Of a stretch of 64,000 bases of DNA, positions 19,751 to 29,370 are shown in pieces. The stretch is from Candidatus Nitrosocosmicus sp. (lineage in GTDB: Bacteria > Methylomirabilota > Methylomirabilia > Rokubacteriales > CSP1-6): contig DASRWT010000011.1 of assembly GCA_035654455.1 (NCBI GenBank), positions 15,761 through 79,760 on the forward strand. Reading direction: 5' to 3'. Position numbers and translations under genes: made by a program. The notes under the pieces are model-generated. The model worked only from the letters and a program-made list of their open reading frames with translations. It searched no databases and was not told where the DNA came from. The first letter of the stretch is position 1; every line of letters begins with the position of its first letter.

Positions 19751-21997
19751 ATGGAACGCTCGGGCGCTGAGCCGGCTGTCCTCGAGGCGGTGGCGTTCCT
19801 CGTCACTGCCTGGAAGAACTTGTTCGCCTATCCACCCGGGCATCCCGCCCGGGCGGCCTCCCTCGAAAACGCGCATGCGCGCCTCTCCACGTTCATGGCC
19901 ACCTCGGGTCGCCTGGTTCTGGGAGTGACCCGGGACGGTCTTCTGTACAGATCGAAGAAGATCGAGTCGGTGAATGTGGGCGCGTTTGCCGAGGCCCTCT
20001 ACCGCCGGAACGCGGCCCTGCTGTACATCGAGGAAGACGTCGCTCCCCGCGACCTCGAGCAGCTTCTGCGACTTCTGGCGGACGCGCCGGGAGGCCCCCA
20101 GCGGACGCCGATCGGCGACGAGCTGCGCGCGGCCGGTGTCGACGGCATCACCATCACCTCGATCGACTACACCCGCCTGATCATCAGCGACCGGCTCACG
20201 GACCTCGAGTCCCGCCCGGCCGTATCCCTCTGGGACACGCTGATTGCCGCATTGACCACCGGCAATCACCTCAGCCCCGAGGGCGCCGCGGCCTTGGGGC
20301 CCGAGTCGTACTCGGCGACCGGCGTGGCGGATCTCCTGAACGACTCCGCGGCCCTGGGCCGGGCCGGCGGCCCGGGCGGAGCGGTTGACGGAGGCGGGGG
20401 CGGCGCCGAGGGCCCAGGGGGCGGCGCGACGATCCGGACCCTCGCGAGCTCACTGGCCGAGCACCTCACCCGGGTCCAGGGCCCGGAAAGGGACGTGGCC
20501 CTCCGCCAGGTCGCGGAGTTCCTCCGCGCGCTTCCCGCCGAGGTGCGCGAGCCCTTGCTCGCGTCGGCCCTCCAGACCCTCGACGCCGAGGAGCGGTCCC
20601 CGGAGCTCCTGCAGAGCCTGGTGAGGCACCTCGAGCCCGACCAGGTGCTGCATTCGCTCCGGCGCCTCAATGCCGAGGGAATGCGGCTCTCGCCGCACGC
20701 GCTCCGGATGATCCAGACCCTGGCCGCCGCCCGCGGGGAGCCGACCATCCCGGACCGCCTGGCGAGCGCCTCGGCGGATATCGCGGAGGTCTCGGCACTC
20801 TTCGAGGACGAGGACGTGGACCGCTTCAACCCCCAGGACTACCGGGCGCTCCTCGCCCAGGTGGCTGCCATCGACCTCATGACTGCGTCGGTGTGGGCCG
20901 CCGATCCCGCCGCCCTCGGACCGGAGATGGACACGCTCACCGATGACGCGGTGGATGCGAGCCTCGTGACCACGCTCTTCGACCTCACCGCCGCATATTC
21001 CGAGACGGTGCCGCCCTTCGTGGTGGGGCGGCTCCGCATTCTCTTCGAGCGCGCGCTGGATGAGACGCGGTTCGACCGAGCCCTCGGGATCATCCGGGGC
21101 GTGCGCGCGCTCGCCGAGGCCGAGGGCCTCTCGCCGGAGCAGCGGGCCGGCCGGGCGTACCTCGTGGGAAGCCTGATCGACGCGCTCCCGCTCTCGTCCC
21201 TCCTCGCGTCCGCGGGCACACCGGACCATCTGACCCACAGCCAGATCCAGAGCCTCGTCCGCGAGCTCGGGTCCTCCGCCGCCCGCGGCCTCCTCGCCGC
21301 GCTCAGCGCGGAGACCAACCGGGCCCGTCGCTTCCAGCTCTTCGACCTCGCCGCTTCTCTCGGTCTCGCCGTCGTGCCCGAGGCGAGGCGCCTGCTGTCG
21401 GACAGTCGCTGGTTCGTGGTGCGGAACATGATCGTCCTGCTTCGCCGCGTGGGCGACCGGACGTCGCTCGAAGAGATCAAGCGCTGCGCCGGGGATCCGG
21501 ACCCGCGGGTCGGGCTCGAAGCCATCATCACGCTCCTGGCGGTCGAGTCCGACGTATCGCGCGGGCTGCTGGCGCGCGCGCTCCACCATCCGGACCCGAA
21601 GTTTGCCGAGGCGGCGATCGCGCTCGCCGGGCAGCACGGCATCGTCGAGGCCATCGACCCGCTCGTCGAGATCCTGCGCCGATGGGATCCCTTCGGGACC
21701 AAGCGGTCGCTGCGCCTCAAGGCGCTCCGGGCGCTGAAGGCGCTCAAGACGGTTCCCGAGGTCGCCGACCCCGAGGTGCTGGCGCGGCTCGAGCGCTTCT
21801 TCCGGGACTGGCGCGTGCCCCTGGTGGATGTGGAGGAGCGCCGCGCCGCCTATCGGCTCCTGGAGGTGTACCCGGAGGAGATCCGGGCTCCGTATGTGGA
21901 ACGAGGCCGGAGGTCCCGGGATCAGGTGATTCGCGCCATCTGCGAGCGTCTGGCCAGGACGTCGACCCCGCGCACCGTGCCGGAGGAGGGCCCATGA
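19751..21997 (+). CDS. HEAT/PBS-lyase-like repeat protein with an N-terminal domain paralogous to the N-terminus of the downstream HD-GYP protein
   Basis: GGAAGGAG RBS before ATG 19751; long run of helical repeats with PBS-lyase HEAT-like signatures (DPDPRVGLEAI..LLA, HHPDPKFAEAAIALAG); 748 aa. Confidence 0.7.
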   Translation: MERSGAEPAVLEAVAFLVTAWKNLFAYPPGHPARAASLENAHARLSTFMATSGRLVLGVTRDGLLYRSKKIESVNVGAFAEALYRRNAALLYIEEDVAPRDLEQLLRLLADAPGGPQRTPIGDELRAAGVDGITITSIDYTRLIISDRLTDLESRPAVSLWDTLIAALTTGNHLSPEGAAALGPESYSATGVADLLNDSAALGRAGGPGGAVDGGGGGAEGPGGGATIRTLASSLAEHLTRVQGPERDVALRQVAEFLRALPAEVREPLLASALQTLDAEERSPELLQSLVRHLEPDQVLHSLRRLNAEGMRLSPHALRMIQTLAAARGEPTIPDRLASASADIAEVSALFEDEDVDRFNPQDYRALLAQVAAIDLMTASVWAADPAALGPEMDTLTDDAVDASLVTTLFDLTAAYSETVPPFVVGRLRILFERALDETRFDRALGIIRGVRALAEAEGLSPEQRAGRAYLVGSLIDALPLSSLLASAGTPDHLTHSQIQSLVRELGSSAARGLLAALSAETNRARRFQLFDLAASLGLAVVPEARRLLSDSRWFVVRNMIVLLRRVGDRTSLEEIKRCAGDPDPRVGLEAIITLLAVESDVSRGLLARALHHPDPKFAEAAIALAGQHGIVEAIDPLVEILRRWDPFGTKRSLRLKALRALKALKTVPEVADPEVLARLERFFRDWRVPLVDVEERRAAYRLLEVYPEEIRAPYVERGRRSRDQVIRAICERLARTSTPRTVPEEGP

Positions 21998-23175
21998 CGG
22001 AAGGCTCCCCGCCGGGCGTGCCGCGGCCGGTCGAGCGGCTCATCGGCCATATCGCCGCCGCCATCAACGCGCGGTCCCTCTATGCCGCCGGGCACCCCGC
22101 GGTCGCCGCCAGCATCGAGCGGCTCATCGAGAGCGTGGAGGCGGCCTGCGCGGATCGAAAGAGGGACGCGCTCACCTTCCTCGTGGTGGGAGGGGAGCTC
22201 ATCGTCGAGAATCAGCCGCTGCGAAAGGGCGGGATTCACCACCAGCAGCTCATCCGGCTCCTGGCGCGGCGGGGCGTGGAGCGCCTGACCATCGCGCGCG
22301 GCGTGACCGCCGCCGAGTGCCTGGACTTTCTCACGCCCATGGTGGTGGGGGGCATTCCTCAATCGAGCGAGCACATCATCACGGGCCGGGTCGAGGTGGA
22401 GCGGGCAGGCGGCGCCACGCCCGGCGCCGAGGGGCCGGCGTCGCGTCCGGGGGACGAGGTCGGCGTCGAGCCCCTGACCTCGGCGAGCGTGGAGCGCGCG
22501 CGCGACGCGTTCGGGGAGTTTCGCTCCAACCGGCGCGCGGGGCTGAGACGTCTCGAGGAGATCGTGTGGAGCCTCATGGAGGCGCTGTCCTCGGCCACGC
22601 GTGAGGTCTTGCCGCTGGCGCCGCTGAAGACCCACGACGACTACACCTTCGTCCACTCGGTCAATGTCTCGCTCCTCACCCTGTCCCAGGCGCGCTCGTT
22701 CGGGTTCGCGGGCGAGGCGCTCCACGCCATCGGGGTCGCCGCGCTGCTGCACGACGTGGGCAAGCTCAAGATCCCGCTCGAGGTGCTGAACAAGCCGGGA
22801 AAGCTCGAGGGAGAGGAGTGGGCCATCATGAAGAGCCACGCCGAGGTGGGGGCGCTCCACCTCTGCGGGATCGAGGGCAGTCATCCGCTGGCCATCGTCG
22901 TCGCCTACGAGCACCACATGCGCTATGACGGACGGCCCAACTATCCGCTGACGCGCGTGCCGCGGAAACCCACCCTCGCCAGCCAGATGACGGCCATCTC
23001 GGACGTCTTCGACGCCATCTGCACCATCCGTCCGTACCACAAGGCCCGCGGTCGCGCGGTGGCGCTCGGCATCATCCGTGAGCGCGTCGGCACCTTCCAC
23101 CACCCCGCGCTGGTGGCCAACTTCGCGCGCATGATCGGCTCCGAGGAGCCCGAGGTGACGCCCGAGACCGCATAG
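21994..23175 (+). CDS. HD-GYP domain c-di-GMP phosphodiesterase-family protein
   Basis: ATGA overlap with upstream gene; HSVNVS ... LLHDVGK ... GEEWAIMKSH ... HHMRYDGRPNYP (HD and GYP-like motifs); 393 aa. Confidence 0.85.
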   Translation: MTEGSPPGVPRPVERLIGHIAAAINARSLYAAGHPAVAASIERLIESVEAACADRKRDALTFLVVGGELIVENQPLRKGGIHHQQLIRLLARRGVERLTIARGVTAAECLDFLTPMVVGGIPQSSEHIITGRVEVERAGGATPGAEGPASRPGDEVGVEPLTSASVERARDAFGEFRSNRRAGLRRLEEIVWSLMEALSSATREVLPLAPLKTHDDYTFVHSVNVSLLTLSQARSFGFAGEALHAIGVAALLHDVGKLKIPLEVLNKPGKLEGEEWAIMKSHAEVGALHLCGIEGSHPLAIVVAYEHHMRYDGRPNYPLTRVPRKPTLASQMTAISDVFDAICTIRPYHKARGRAVALGIIRERVGTFHHPALVANFARMIGSEEPEVTPETA

Positions 23176-23336
23176 TCGTTCCGCCCGGCCGGCCGGGCAA
23201 CTCACCGGCGAATGCCCGGGCGCCAAGCCCGAAGCGCCCAAGAACATCTGTAGGATCAGATACTTAAACAGTGGCACCCTCCTTGCCTTTGCTCACGGCA
23301 GTTCAAGATACGGTAACTCACACAGGGAGGTCGGCG

Positions 23337-23630
23337 ATGCGGATCCGGGGTCTGATGATGGCGACGGGCGTGGTGTTCGTGGCGGCCTCGACGGCTCTCG
23401 CCGCCGGGTGGACGGAGCGGTTGCAGACCGAGCGCATGACCGTGCTCAAGGTGGACCAGGCGTCCGGCCGATTCCAGTGTGCCGAGCACCGGCAGTGGAT
23501 CACGGTGGCGAAGGGCGGCATGGTCCCGGCGAGCCCCGGCGACATCGTTCGCCTCGAGCGGACCGGGAGCCAGCCGGCGCGGCTGGTTGTCCTGCGGTCG
23601 GCGGCCGACGAGCTGGCGAGCCCCGAGTAG
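23337..23630 (+). CDS. small secreted hypothetical protein (97 aa)
   Basis: AGGGAGG RBS; signal peptide MRIRGLMMATGVVFVAASTALAAG. Confidence 0.45.
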   Translation: MRIRGLMMATGVVFVAASTALAAGWTERLQTERMTVLKVDQASGRFQCAEHRQWITVAKGGMVPASPGDIVRLERTGSQPARLVVLRSAADELASPE

Positions 23631-23652
23631 CCGGAGCCGCGGTCGGCGGCGG

Positions 23653-24405
23653 CTACTGCGCGGTCCAGCCGCCGTCGATCACGAGCTCGCTGCCGGTCAC
23701 GAAGCGCGACTCGTCGGAAGCGAGATACAGCACGCCGTAGGCGATCTCCTCGGCCTCGCCGTAGCGGCCGAGGGGAATGCGCGAGGTCATCCGCGCCAGG
23801 ATGGCGGGATCGGCCCGGCGCCCCTCCGTCATCGGCGTGATGACGGGCCCGGGATGCACGGAGTTGGCGCGAATACGCTCCTTCGCGTACTGGAGCGCGG
23901 TGAGCTTGGTGAGGAGCCGCACCGCCCCCTTGGACGCCTGATATTGCGGGCTGCTGTCGTCCATCCCGACCAGACCGAGCTGGGACGAGATGTTCACGAT
24001 GGACCCGGCGCCGGCCGCCCGCAGCGCCGGGATCGCCGCCTTGGTGCCCAGGAAGACGCCCTTGGCATTGACGTCCATCACGCGATTCCAGTCCTCCACG
24101 CGGGTATCTTCGAGCCGGCCGGCGCCGCCGATCCCGGCATTGTTGACCAGGATGTCGAGCCGTCCGAAGCGGCTCCCGGCCGTCGCCACTCCGCGCGCCC
24201 AGTCGCTCTCGCTGGTGACGTCGAGGGGAACGAAGAGCGCCTGGCCACCCGCGGCGGCGACCTCGGCCTCGACGCGACGCCCCTCGGCCTCGAGCAGGTC
24301 GCCGATGACGACGCGCGCGCCCTCCCGGACGAAGAGCCGCGCGATGGCGGCGCCGATCCCGCGCGCGCCCCCGCTGATCAGGGCCACCTTCCCGGCGAGT
24401 CTCAC
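23653..24405 (-). CDS. SDR family oxidoreductase (3-oxoacyl-ACP reductase-like)
   Basis: GGARGIGAA, NNAG, catalytic YQASK, PGPV; 250 aa. Confidence 0.85.
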   Translation of the reverse strand: MRLAGKVALISGGARGIGAAIARLFVREGARVVIGDLLEAEGRRVEAEVAAAGGQALFVPLDVTSESDWARGVATAGSRFGRLDILVNNAGIGGAGRLEDTRVEDWNRVMDVNAKGVFLGTKAAIPALRAAGAGSIVNISSQLGLVGMDDSSPQYQASKGAVRLLTKLTALQYAKERIRANSVHPGPVITPMTEGRRADPAILARMTSRIPLGRYGEAEEIAYGVLYLASDESRFVTGSELVIDGGWTAQ

Positions 24406-24416
24406 CGGGGGCGCGT

Positions 24417-24869
24417 TCAGCCGGAGGGTGTCCGGGCCAGGGCGGCCCGCACCGACTCGACCACCTGGTCCAGATCGTAGGGCTTGCCGATGATCTCGAG
24501 GGCGTCCGTCTCACCGACCATCCGATCGAGGGCGGGTTTGTTGGTGGTGGTGATGACGAAGGGGCGGCTCTTCACCGGCTCTGCGCTGCGGACCAGACGG
24601 AGAAACGTCCAGTTGGCGTCGTAGGGCGGGGAGATGTCGTAGACGATCACCGCCGGGCCATGATCCTGGATGAAGGCGATGAGGTCGAGATTGCCGCTCT
24701 TCACCTCCGGGATATGACCAATGACGGTCTGGAAGCCTTGGGTCTCCAGCGCCGTGCGGAGCAGGTCCACGGTGTCGGAGCTGGAGTTGAACACCGCGAT
24801 GATGGGCTTTCGCGCCCCGTGTCCCGCGGTTGAATCAGGAGCCTCGCGATCGCCTGCTCGGTCCGCCAT
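24417..24869 (-). CDS. receiver-like (REC-fold) protein with degenerate acidic pocket, downstream of hybrid kinase
   Basis: IIAVFNSSSD replaces the usual DD pair; VIVYDISPP (Asp position retained), VITTT, GKPYD resemble receiver beta3/beta4/beta5 landmarks. Confidence 0.5.
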   Translation of the reverse strand: MADRAGDREAPDSTAGHGARKPIIAVFNSSSDTVDLLRTALETQGFQTVIGHIPEVKSGNLDLIAFIQDHGPAVIVYDISPPYDANWTFLRLVRSAEPVKSRPFVITTTNKPALDRMVGETDALEIIGKPYDLDQVVESVRAALARTPSG

Positions 24870-24928
24870 CCGGGAGAGACTATCGTGTTCGCCCGGCGCT
24901 GTCCAGAGACGGACGTCGCGAGACGGGC

Positions 24929-26614
24929 TCATCCTGCGCGGCCCGCCAGGCTCGCGACGATCGCGGTCAGCTCGTCGGGATCCACCGGCTTGGAGACGTG
25001 GATGTTGAATCCGGCCATGAGGCTCCGGATCCGATCTTCCGGCCGGCCGAACGCGGTCAACGCCACCGCCGGCGTCTTTCCTCCCCGCTCCGGAGAGAGC
25101 GCGCGGATCTTGCGGATCAGCGTATAGCCATCCTCGCCCGGCATCTCGATGTCGGATACCAGCACGTCCGGCAGCCAGCGCTCGAGCGTCCGAAGCGCCT
25201 CGTCCGCCGTCACCGCGCCTCGGGCTTCTCCCCCCGCCTGGGCCAGCACCTCCTGCACCAGCTCCACCGCGGCGGAATCGTCATCGACCACGAGGATACG
25301 CACGCCGACGAGGGAGGGACGGTCCGGGGGCCTGGTCTTGGCCTGCGCCACCGCCTGCTCGCGCATGCCGGCGACCATCAGGGGCAGCTTCACGACGAAG
25401 GTCGCGCCCTGCCCTTCGCCCGCGCTCTCCACGAAGACGCTGCCGCCGTGCAGCTCGGCGATGTGCCGGACCAGCGCCAAACCGATCCCGAGCCCTCCGT
25501 GCGCCCGGGTGCGCGTGCTGTCTCCCTGGCGCAGGCGGTCGAAGATGTAGGGCAGGAGCTCCGCGCTGATACCCTGTCCCGTATCGCTCACCACGATCTC
25601 CACGTGCGATTTCACCTGCTGCAGCTTGACCAGGACGCGGCCATCCCTGGGGGTGAACTTGACGGCGTTGTAGAGCAGGTTCCACACCACCTGCTGAAGC
25701 CGACCGGGATCGCCGCTCACCTGCGCCCCCGGCGAGTCCAGGACCGACTGGAGCTGAATGCCCTTCGCCTCCGCTCCCGGCCGCACGGCGTCGAGCGCCT
25801 CGACGATGACGTCCAGGACATTGACGGGCTGCACGGCCAGTCGCATCCTTCCGCTCACCACGCTCGACATGTCCAGGAGATCGTCGACGAGCCGGACCTG
25901 AACGTTCACGTTGCGGAGGATGATCTCCACCGCCCGGCGTGACTGCTCCGCGCCGAGCTGCCCCGCCTCGAGAAGCCTGGCCCACCCCGACACCGCGTTG
26001 AGCGGGTTCCGGAGCTCGTGAGACAGGGTCATGAGGAACTCGTCCTTGGCCCGGTTCGCCGCTTCGGTGTCGCTTCGCGCCGCTTCGCGGTCGCGCTGCA
26101 GGCCCGCGCCGTCGAGCGCCAGCGCCACCTGACTCGCCATGACCTCCGCGGTCCGGACGTCCACGCGGTCGTAGGGCTCGACCGACTCCGTCCTCGCGAA
26201 GGTGAGGGCGCCCAGCACGCGGTCGCGGGCGGTCAGCGGCAAGACGATCCACGCTTGCGGCCGCAGCTGCTGGAGGGCCCGGAGCTGATCCGCATTCTGG
26301 GCCTCCGCCATGAGGTCCGCCTCGCTGGCCCGGGACACGAGGACGAGCCGGCCCGAGCTGATGGCCGAGCGCACCCCGACGGGCGCCTCGTACACCAGGG
26401 TCTCCTTGGTCGCATCGCGATGCGCGTACGCCGCGCGGCTGATCGTTCCGTCCTCGCCCACGAGGTCGAGGGCGCACAGGTCGCCGAGCGCGGGGACGGC
26501 GACGCGGACGAGCCGCGGGAGGGTGCGCTCCCGATCCAGAGTGGATGCGAGGAGGGCGCCCACCTCGGCGAGCATGGACATGCGGCCGTCCAGGGAACGT
26601 CGTGAGGGACTCAT
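24929..26614 (-). CDS. hybrid sensor histidine kinase: GAF - HisKA - HATPase_c - receiver
   Basis: H-box LSHELRNPLNAV; G boxes DTGQGI and GGLGIGLAL; C-terminal receiver ILVVDDD ... LVSDIEMPGEDG ... KP. Confidence 0.85.
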   Translation of the reverse strand: MSPSRRSLDGRMSMLAEVGALLASTLDRERTLPRLVRVAVPALGDLCALDLVGEDGTISRAAYAHRDATKETLVYEAPVGVRSAISSGRLVLVSRASEADLMAEAQNADQLRALQQLRPQAWIVLPLTARDRVLGALTFARTESVEPYDRVDVRTAEVMASQVALALDGAGLQRDREAARSDTEAANRAKDEFLMTLSHELRNPLNAVSGWARLLEAGQLGAEQSRRAVEIILRNVNVQVRLVDDLLDMSSVVSGRMRLAVQPVNVLDVIVEALDAVRPGAEAKGIQLQSVLDSPGAQVSGDPGRLQQVVWNLLYNAVKFTPRDGRVLVKLQQVKSHVEIVVSDTGQGISAELLPYIFDRLRQGDSTRTRAHGGLGIGLALVRHIAELHGGSVFVESAGEGQGATFVVKLPLMVAGMREQAVAQAKTRPPDRPSLVGVRILVVDDDSAAVELVQEVLAQAGGEARGAVTADEALRTLERWLPDVLVSDIEMPGEDGYTLIRKIRALSPERGGKTPAVALTAFGRPEDRIRSLMAGFNIHVSKPVDPDELTAIVASLAGRAG

Positions 26615-26848
26615 TCGATAGGCTGAAAGACGCGAGCAATCGGGATGCCGACTCCTCGGAGGGGGTGCCGCCTCCGAACTGATTGAATTTCAAGTAAAGA
26701 CAGAGCCTCGGGAGTGGCGGCCGGGAAGATTCGACCGCGTAAAATGGGGGCCTTGCCGTCCGGGGCCCTCCCAGGGTACGGTCTGGGCGTCGTCGATGTC
26801 CTTCGTACCCGGCGTTCCCACAGGCGTTTCGAACGGAGGAGCAAGCCC

Positions 26849-28435
26849 ATGAAGCCATTCGCGCGTCGCCTCCCGAAGGTATTGCCCCTCCTGCTCGTCG
26901 TGCTCCTGGCGCTGCCTGTCTCGGGCTGGGCCCAGGCCAAGCCCGACCTCACCATTGCCCTGTCGAGCTTCTCCACCGAGACGCTCGATCCGGTGCTGGC
27001 CGGCCACCTGGTCAAGTACTACCTGTCCATGATGTTCGACTATCTCGTGGGCACCACGCCGGACGGCGTGCCCTCGAAGGACGGCGGCCTGGCCATGCGC
27101 TGGGAGAGCTCGCCCGACCAGAAGCGCTGGACGTTCCATCTGCGCAAGGGCGTCAAGTTCCACAATGGCGACGACGTGACGTCGGAGGACGTGAAGTTCA
27201 GCCTCGAGCGCGCGGCGGGGAAGCGCTCCACCACCGGCTATGCGGGCTTGCTGCGCTCCATGGTGGCGAGCATCGAGACGCCGGCGCCCGACCGCGTGGT
27301 GATCGTCACCAAGGACCCCACCCTCATCGTCCCGAACTATCTCTCGCGCGCGCTCTCCACCGAAGGCATGGTGCTGCCGAAGAAATACATCGAGGCGGTC
27401 GGAGACGACGCCTTCGGGCGCAAGCCGGTGGGCAGCGGACCCTACAAGTTCGTGGAGCAGGTGACGGGGTCGCATATCCGGCTCGCCGCGGTGGACAATC
27501 ACTGGCGGATCGGCGCGCCGAAGTACAAGAACATGGTGTTCCGGCTGGTGTCCGAGGAAACCACGCGAATCGCCTTGCTGCGGCGGGGCGAGGTGGACGT
27601 CACCGAGGTGAGCCGCGAGCGCGTCAAGGAGCTGGAGAAGGAGAGCTATCCCATCCACTTCCGCCGGGAAGAAGCCGTCCTCACCATGTGGTGGATCCTG
27701 GGGCCGGACGGCATGGTTCCGCCCATGAAGGACAAGCGGGTCCGCGAGGCCATGAACCTCGCGGTGGACCGCGCGGAGATCGCGCAGTCCATCTTCGCGG
27801 GCAGCGCCGAGCCCGCTCCCATTCCGCTGGGACTGTCGTGGTCGTTCAAGGAGATCGGCCTCAAGGTCACCCCCGACATGCAGTATCCCTATGACCCCGC
27901 GCGCGCCAAGAAGCTCCTGGCCGACGCGGGAGTGGGCGGCGGCTTCAGCCTCGATACCTATGCGTATCAGCTCCCCGGGCTGCCCGAGGGCAAGGCCTTC
28001 GCGGAGGCGGTGAGCGGCTACTGGGAGAAGATCGGGATCAAGGTCAAGCTGATCCCGGTGGACTATCCGGCCTTCCGCAAGAACTGGGTGGACCGGAAGA
28101 CGCCGGGCTCGATCGGCTACTTCAATATCGCCAACCGGGACTGGATGGGCACCTTCGCCCTGCTCGAGAAGCAGGCCTACTCGCCGTCCAAGCCCACCGA
28201 TACCGTGAACGATCCCGAGGTGGACGGGATGCTCGCCCAGGTGATGAAGCAGACCGACCGGGAGAAGATCAACGCGCTGATGCGGGGCGTCTACACGCGG
28301 ATCCGCAGCGAGCATCTCGGCATGCCCATCGTGTACCTGCACTCGCCGTACGCGGCGTCCAAGAAGCTCGGGAAGTGGAATCCGGGGTCGGTCATGTACG
28401 ATCTCTTCTTCGACGAGCTCGCTTCCGGGAAGTAG
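26849..28435 (+). CDS. ABC transporter substrate-binding protein, family 5 (DppA/OppA-type peptide/nickel)
   Basis: GGAGGA RBS; signal peptide MKPFARRLPKVLPLLLVVLLALPVSGWAQA; family-5 SBP length (528 aa). Confidence 0.85.
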   Translation: MKPFARRLPKVLPLLLVVLLALPVSGWAQAKPDLTIALSSFSTETLDPVLAGHLVKYYLSMMFDYLVGTTPDGVPSKDGGLAMRWESSPDQKRWTFHLRKGVKFHNGDDVTSEDVKFSLERAAGKRSTTGYAGLLRSMVASIETPAPDRVVIVTKDPTLIVPNYLSRALSTEGMVLPKKYIEAVGDDAFGRKPVGSGPYKFVEQVTGSHIRLAAVDNHWRIGAPKYKNMVFRLVSEETTRIALLRRGEVDVTEVSRERVKELEKESYPIHFRREEAVLTMWWILGPDGMVPPMKDKRVREAMNLAVDRAEIAQSIFAGSAEPAPIPLGLSWSFKEIGLKVTPDMQYPYDPARAKKLLADAGVGGGFSLDTYAYQLPGLPEGKAFAEAVSGYWEKIGIKVKLIPVDYPAFRKNWVDRKTPGSIGYFNIANRDWMGTFALLEKQAYSPSKPTDTVNDPEVDGMLAQVMKQTDREKINALMRGVYTRIRSEHLGMPIVYLHSPYAASKKLGKWNPGSVMYDLFFDELASGK

Positions 28436-28449
28436 GCGACCGTCGCGGC

Positions 28450-29370
28450 TTGATTCGCTTCGTCGTCTCGCGGGTGCTGCAGTCGCTGGTGGCCCTGGCC
28501 ATCCTGTCGGTGGTCGTCTTCGTCCTGGCCAGGGCCACCGGCGATCCCCTCCAGCTCATTCTCCCCATGTCGGCGACCCCTGAAGAGTATGCCGAGGCCC
28601 GCCACTATCTCGGCCTGGACCGCCCCTACGTCGAGCAGTACCTCTCCTTCGTGGGCCGCGCCGTCACGGGGGACTTCGGCAACTCCCTGCGCGCGCGCCG
28701 GCCGGTGATCGAGCTCATCCAGGAGCGCCTGCCGAACTCCCTGCGCCTGGCCGCCTTCGCCATGGGAATCTCGCTCTCCATTGCCTTTCCCCTGGGAATT
28801 CTCGCCGCGGTGAAGAAGGGGACCGGGCTCGACCGGACGGCGCAGGTGATCGCCGTGCTCGGGCAGTCGCTGCCGACCTTCTGGGTGGCCATCGTGCTGG
28901 TGGAGGTGGTGGCGGGGCGCCTCCAGTGGCTGCCCGCCGGCGGCAATCAGGGCTTCACCAGCTATGTCCTGCCCGGCTTCACCCTGGGCTGGTTCGTGGT
29001 GGCGGGCATGATGCGCCTCCTGCGGTCGGGCATGCTGGAGGTCCTGGACTCGGAGTACGTCAAGCTCGCGCGGGTGAAGGGCGTGGTCGAGCATCGCGTG
29101 GTCTGGATGCACGCGCTCAAGAACGCGCTCATCCCGGTGGTGACCTTCGCGGGCATCTACTTCTCCATCCTGGTCACCACCGCCATCGTGGTGGAGACCG
29201 TGTTCGCCTGGCCGGGCCTGGGCCGGCTCGCCTATGAGGGCATCAGCTCGCGCGACTTTCCCGTCATCCAGGCGGTGGTGCTGACCACCGCCGCCATCGT
29301 GGCGGTGGTGAACCTCAGCGTGGACTGTCTCTACGCCGTCATCGACCCGCGGATTCGCCATGCCCGCTGA
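28450..29370 (+). CDS. ABC transporter permease, DppB/OppB type (TTG start assumed)
   Basis: Six-TM permease with EAA-like loop YVKLARVKG; start inferred from family N-terminus (IRFVVSRVLQ). Confidence 0.75.
   Translation: MIRFVVSRVLQSLVALAILSVVVFVLARATGDPLQLILPMSATPEEYAEARHYLGLDRPYVEQYLSFVGRAVTGDFGNSLRARRPVIELIQERLPNSLRLAAFAMGISLSIAFPLGILAAVKKGTGLDRTAQVIAVLGQSLPTFWVAIVLVEVVAGRLQWLPAGGNQGFTSYVLPGFTLGWFVVAGMMRLLRSGMLEVLDSEYVKLARVKGVVEHRVVWMHALKNALIPVVTFAGIYFSILVTTAIVVETVFAWPGLGRLAYEGISSRDFPVIQAVVLTTAAIVAVVNLSVDCLYAVIDPRIRHAR

Noticed and set aside
20450-21747. Two long minus-strand ORFs (395 and 302 aa) antisense to the HEAT-repeat gene
   Set aside because: Low-complexity Arg/Ser/Ala-rich translations typical of antisense frames in GC-rich DNA.
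26690-28342. 550-aa minus-strand ORF antisense to the family-5 substrate-binding protein gene
   Set aside because: No motifs. It overlaps a gene with clear signal peptide and SBP fold on the other strand.
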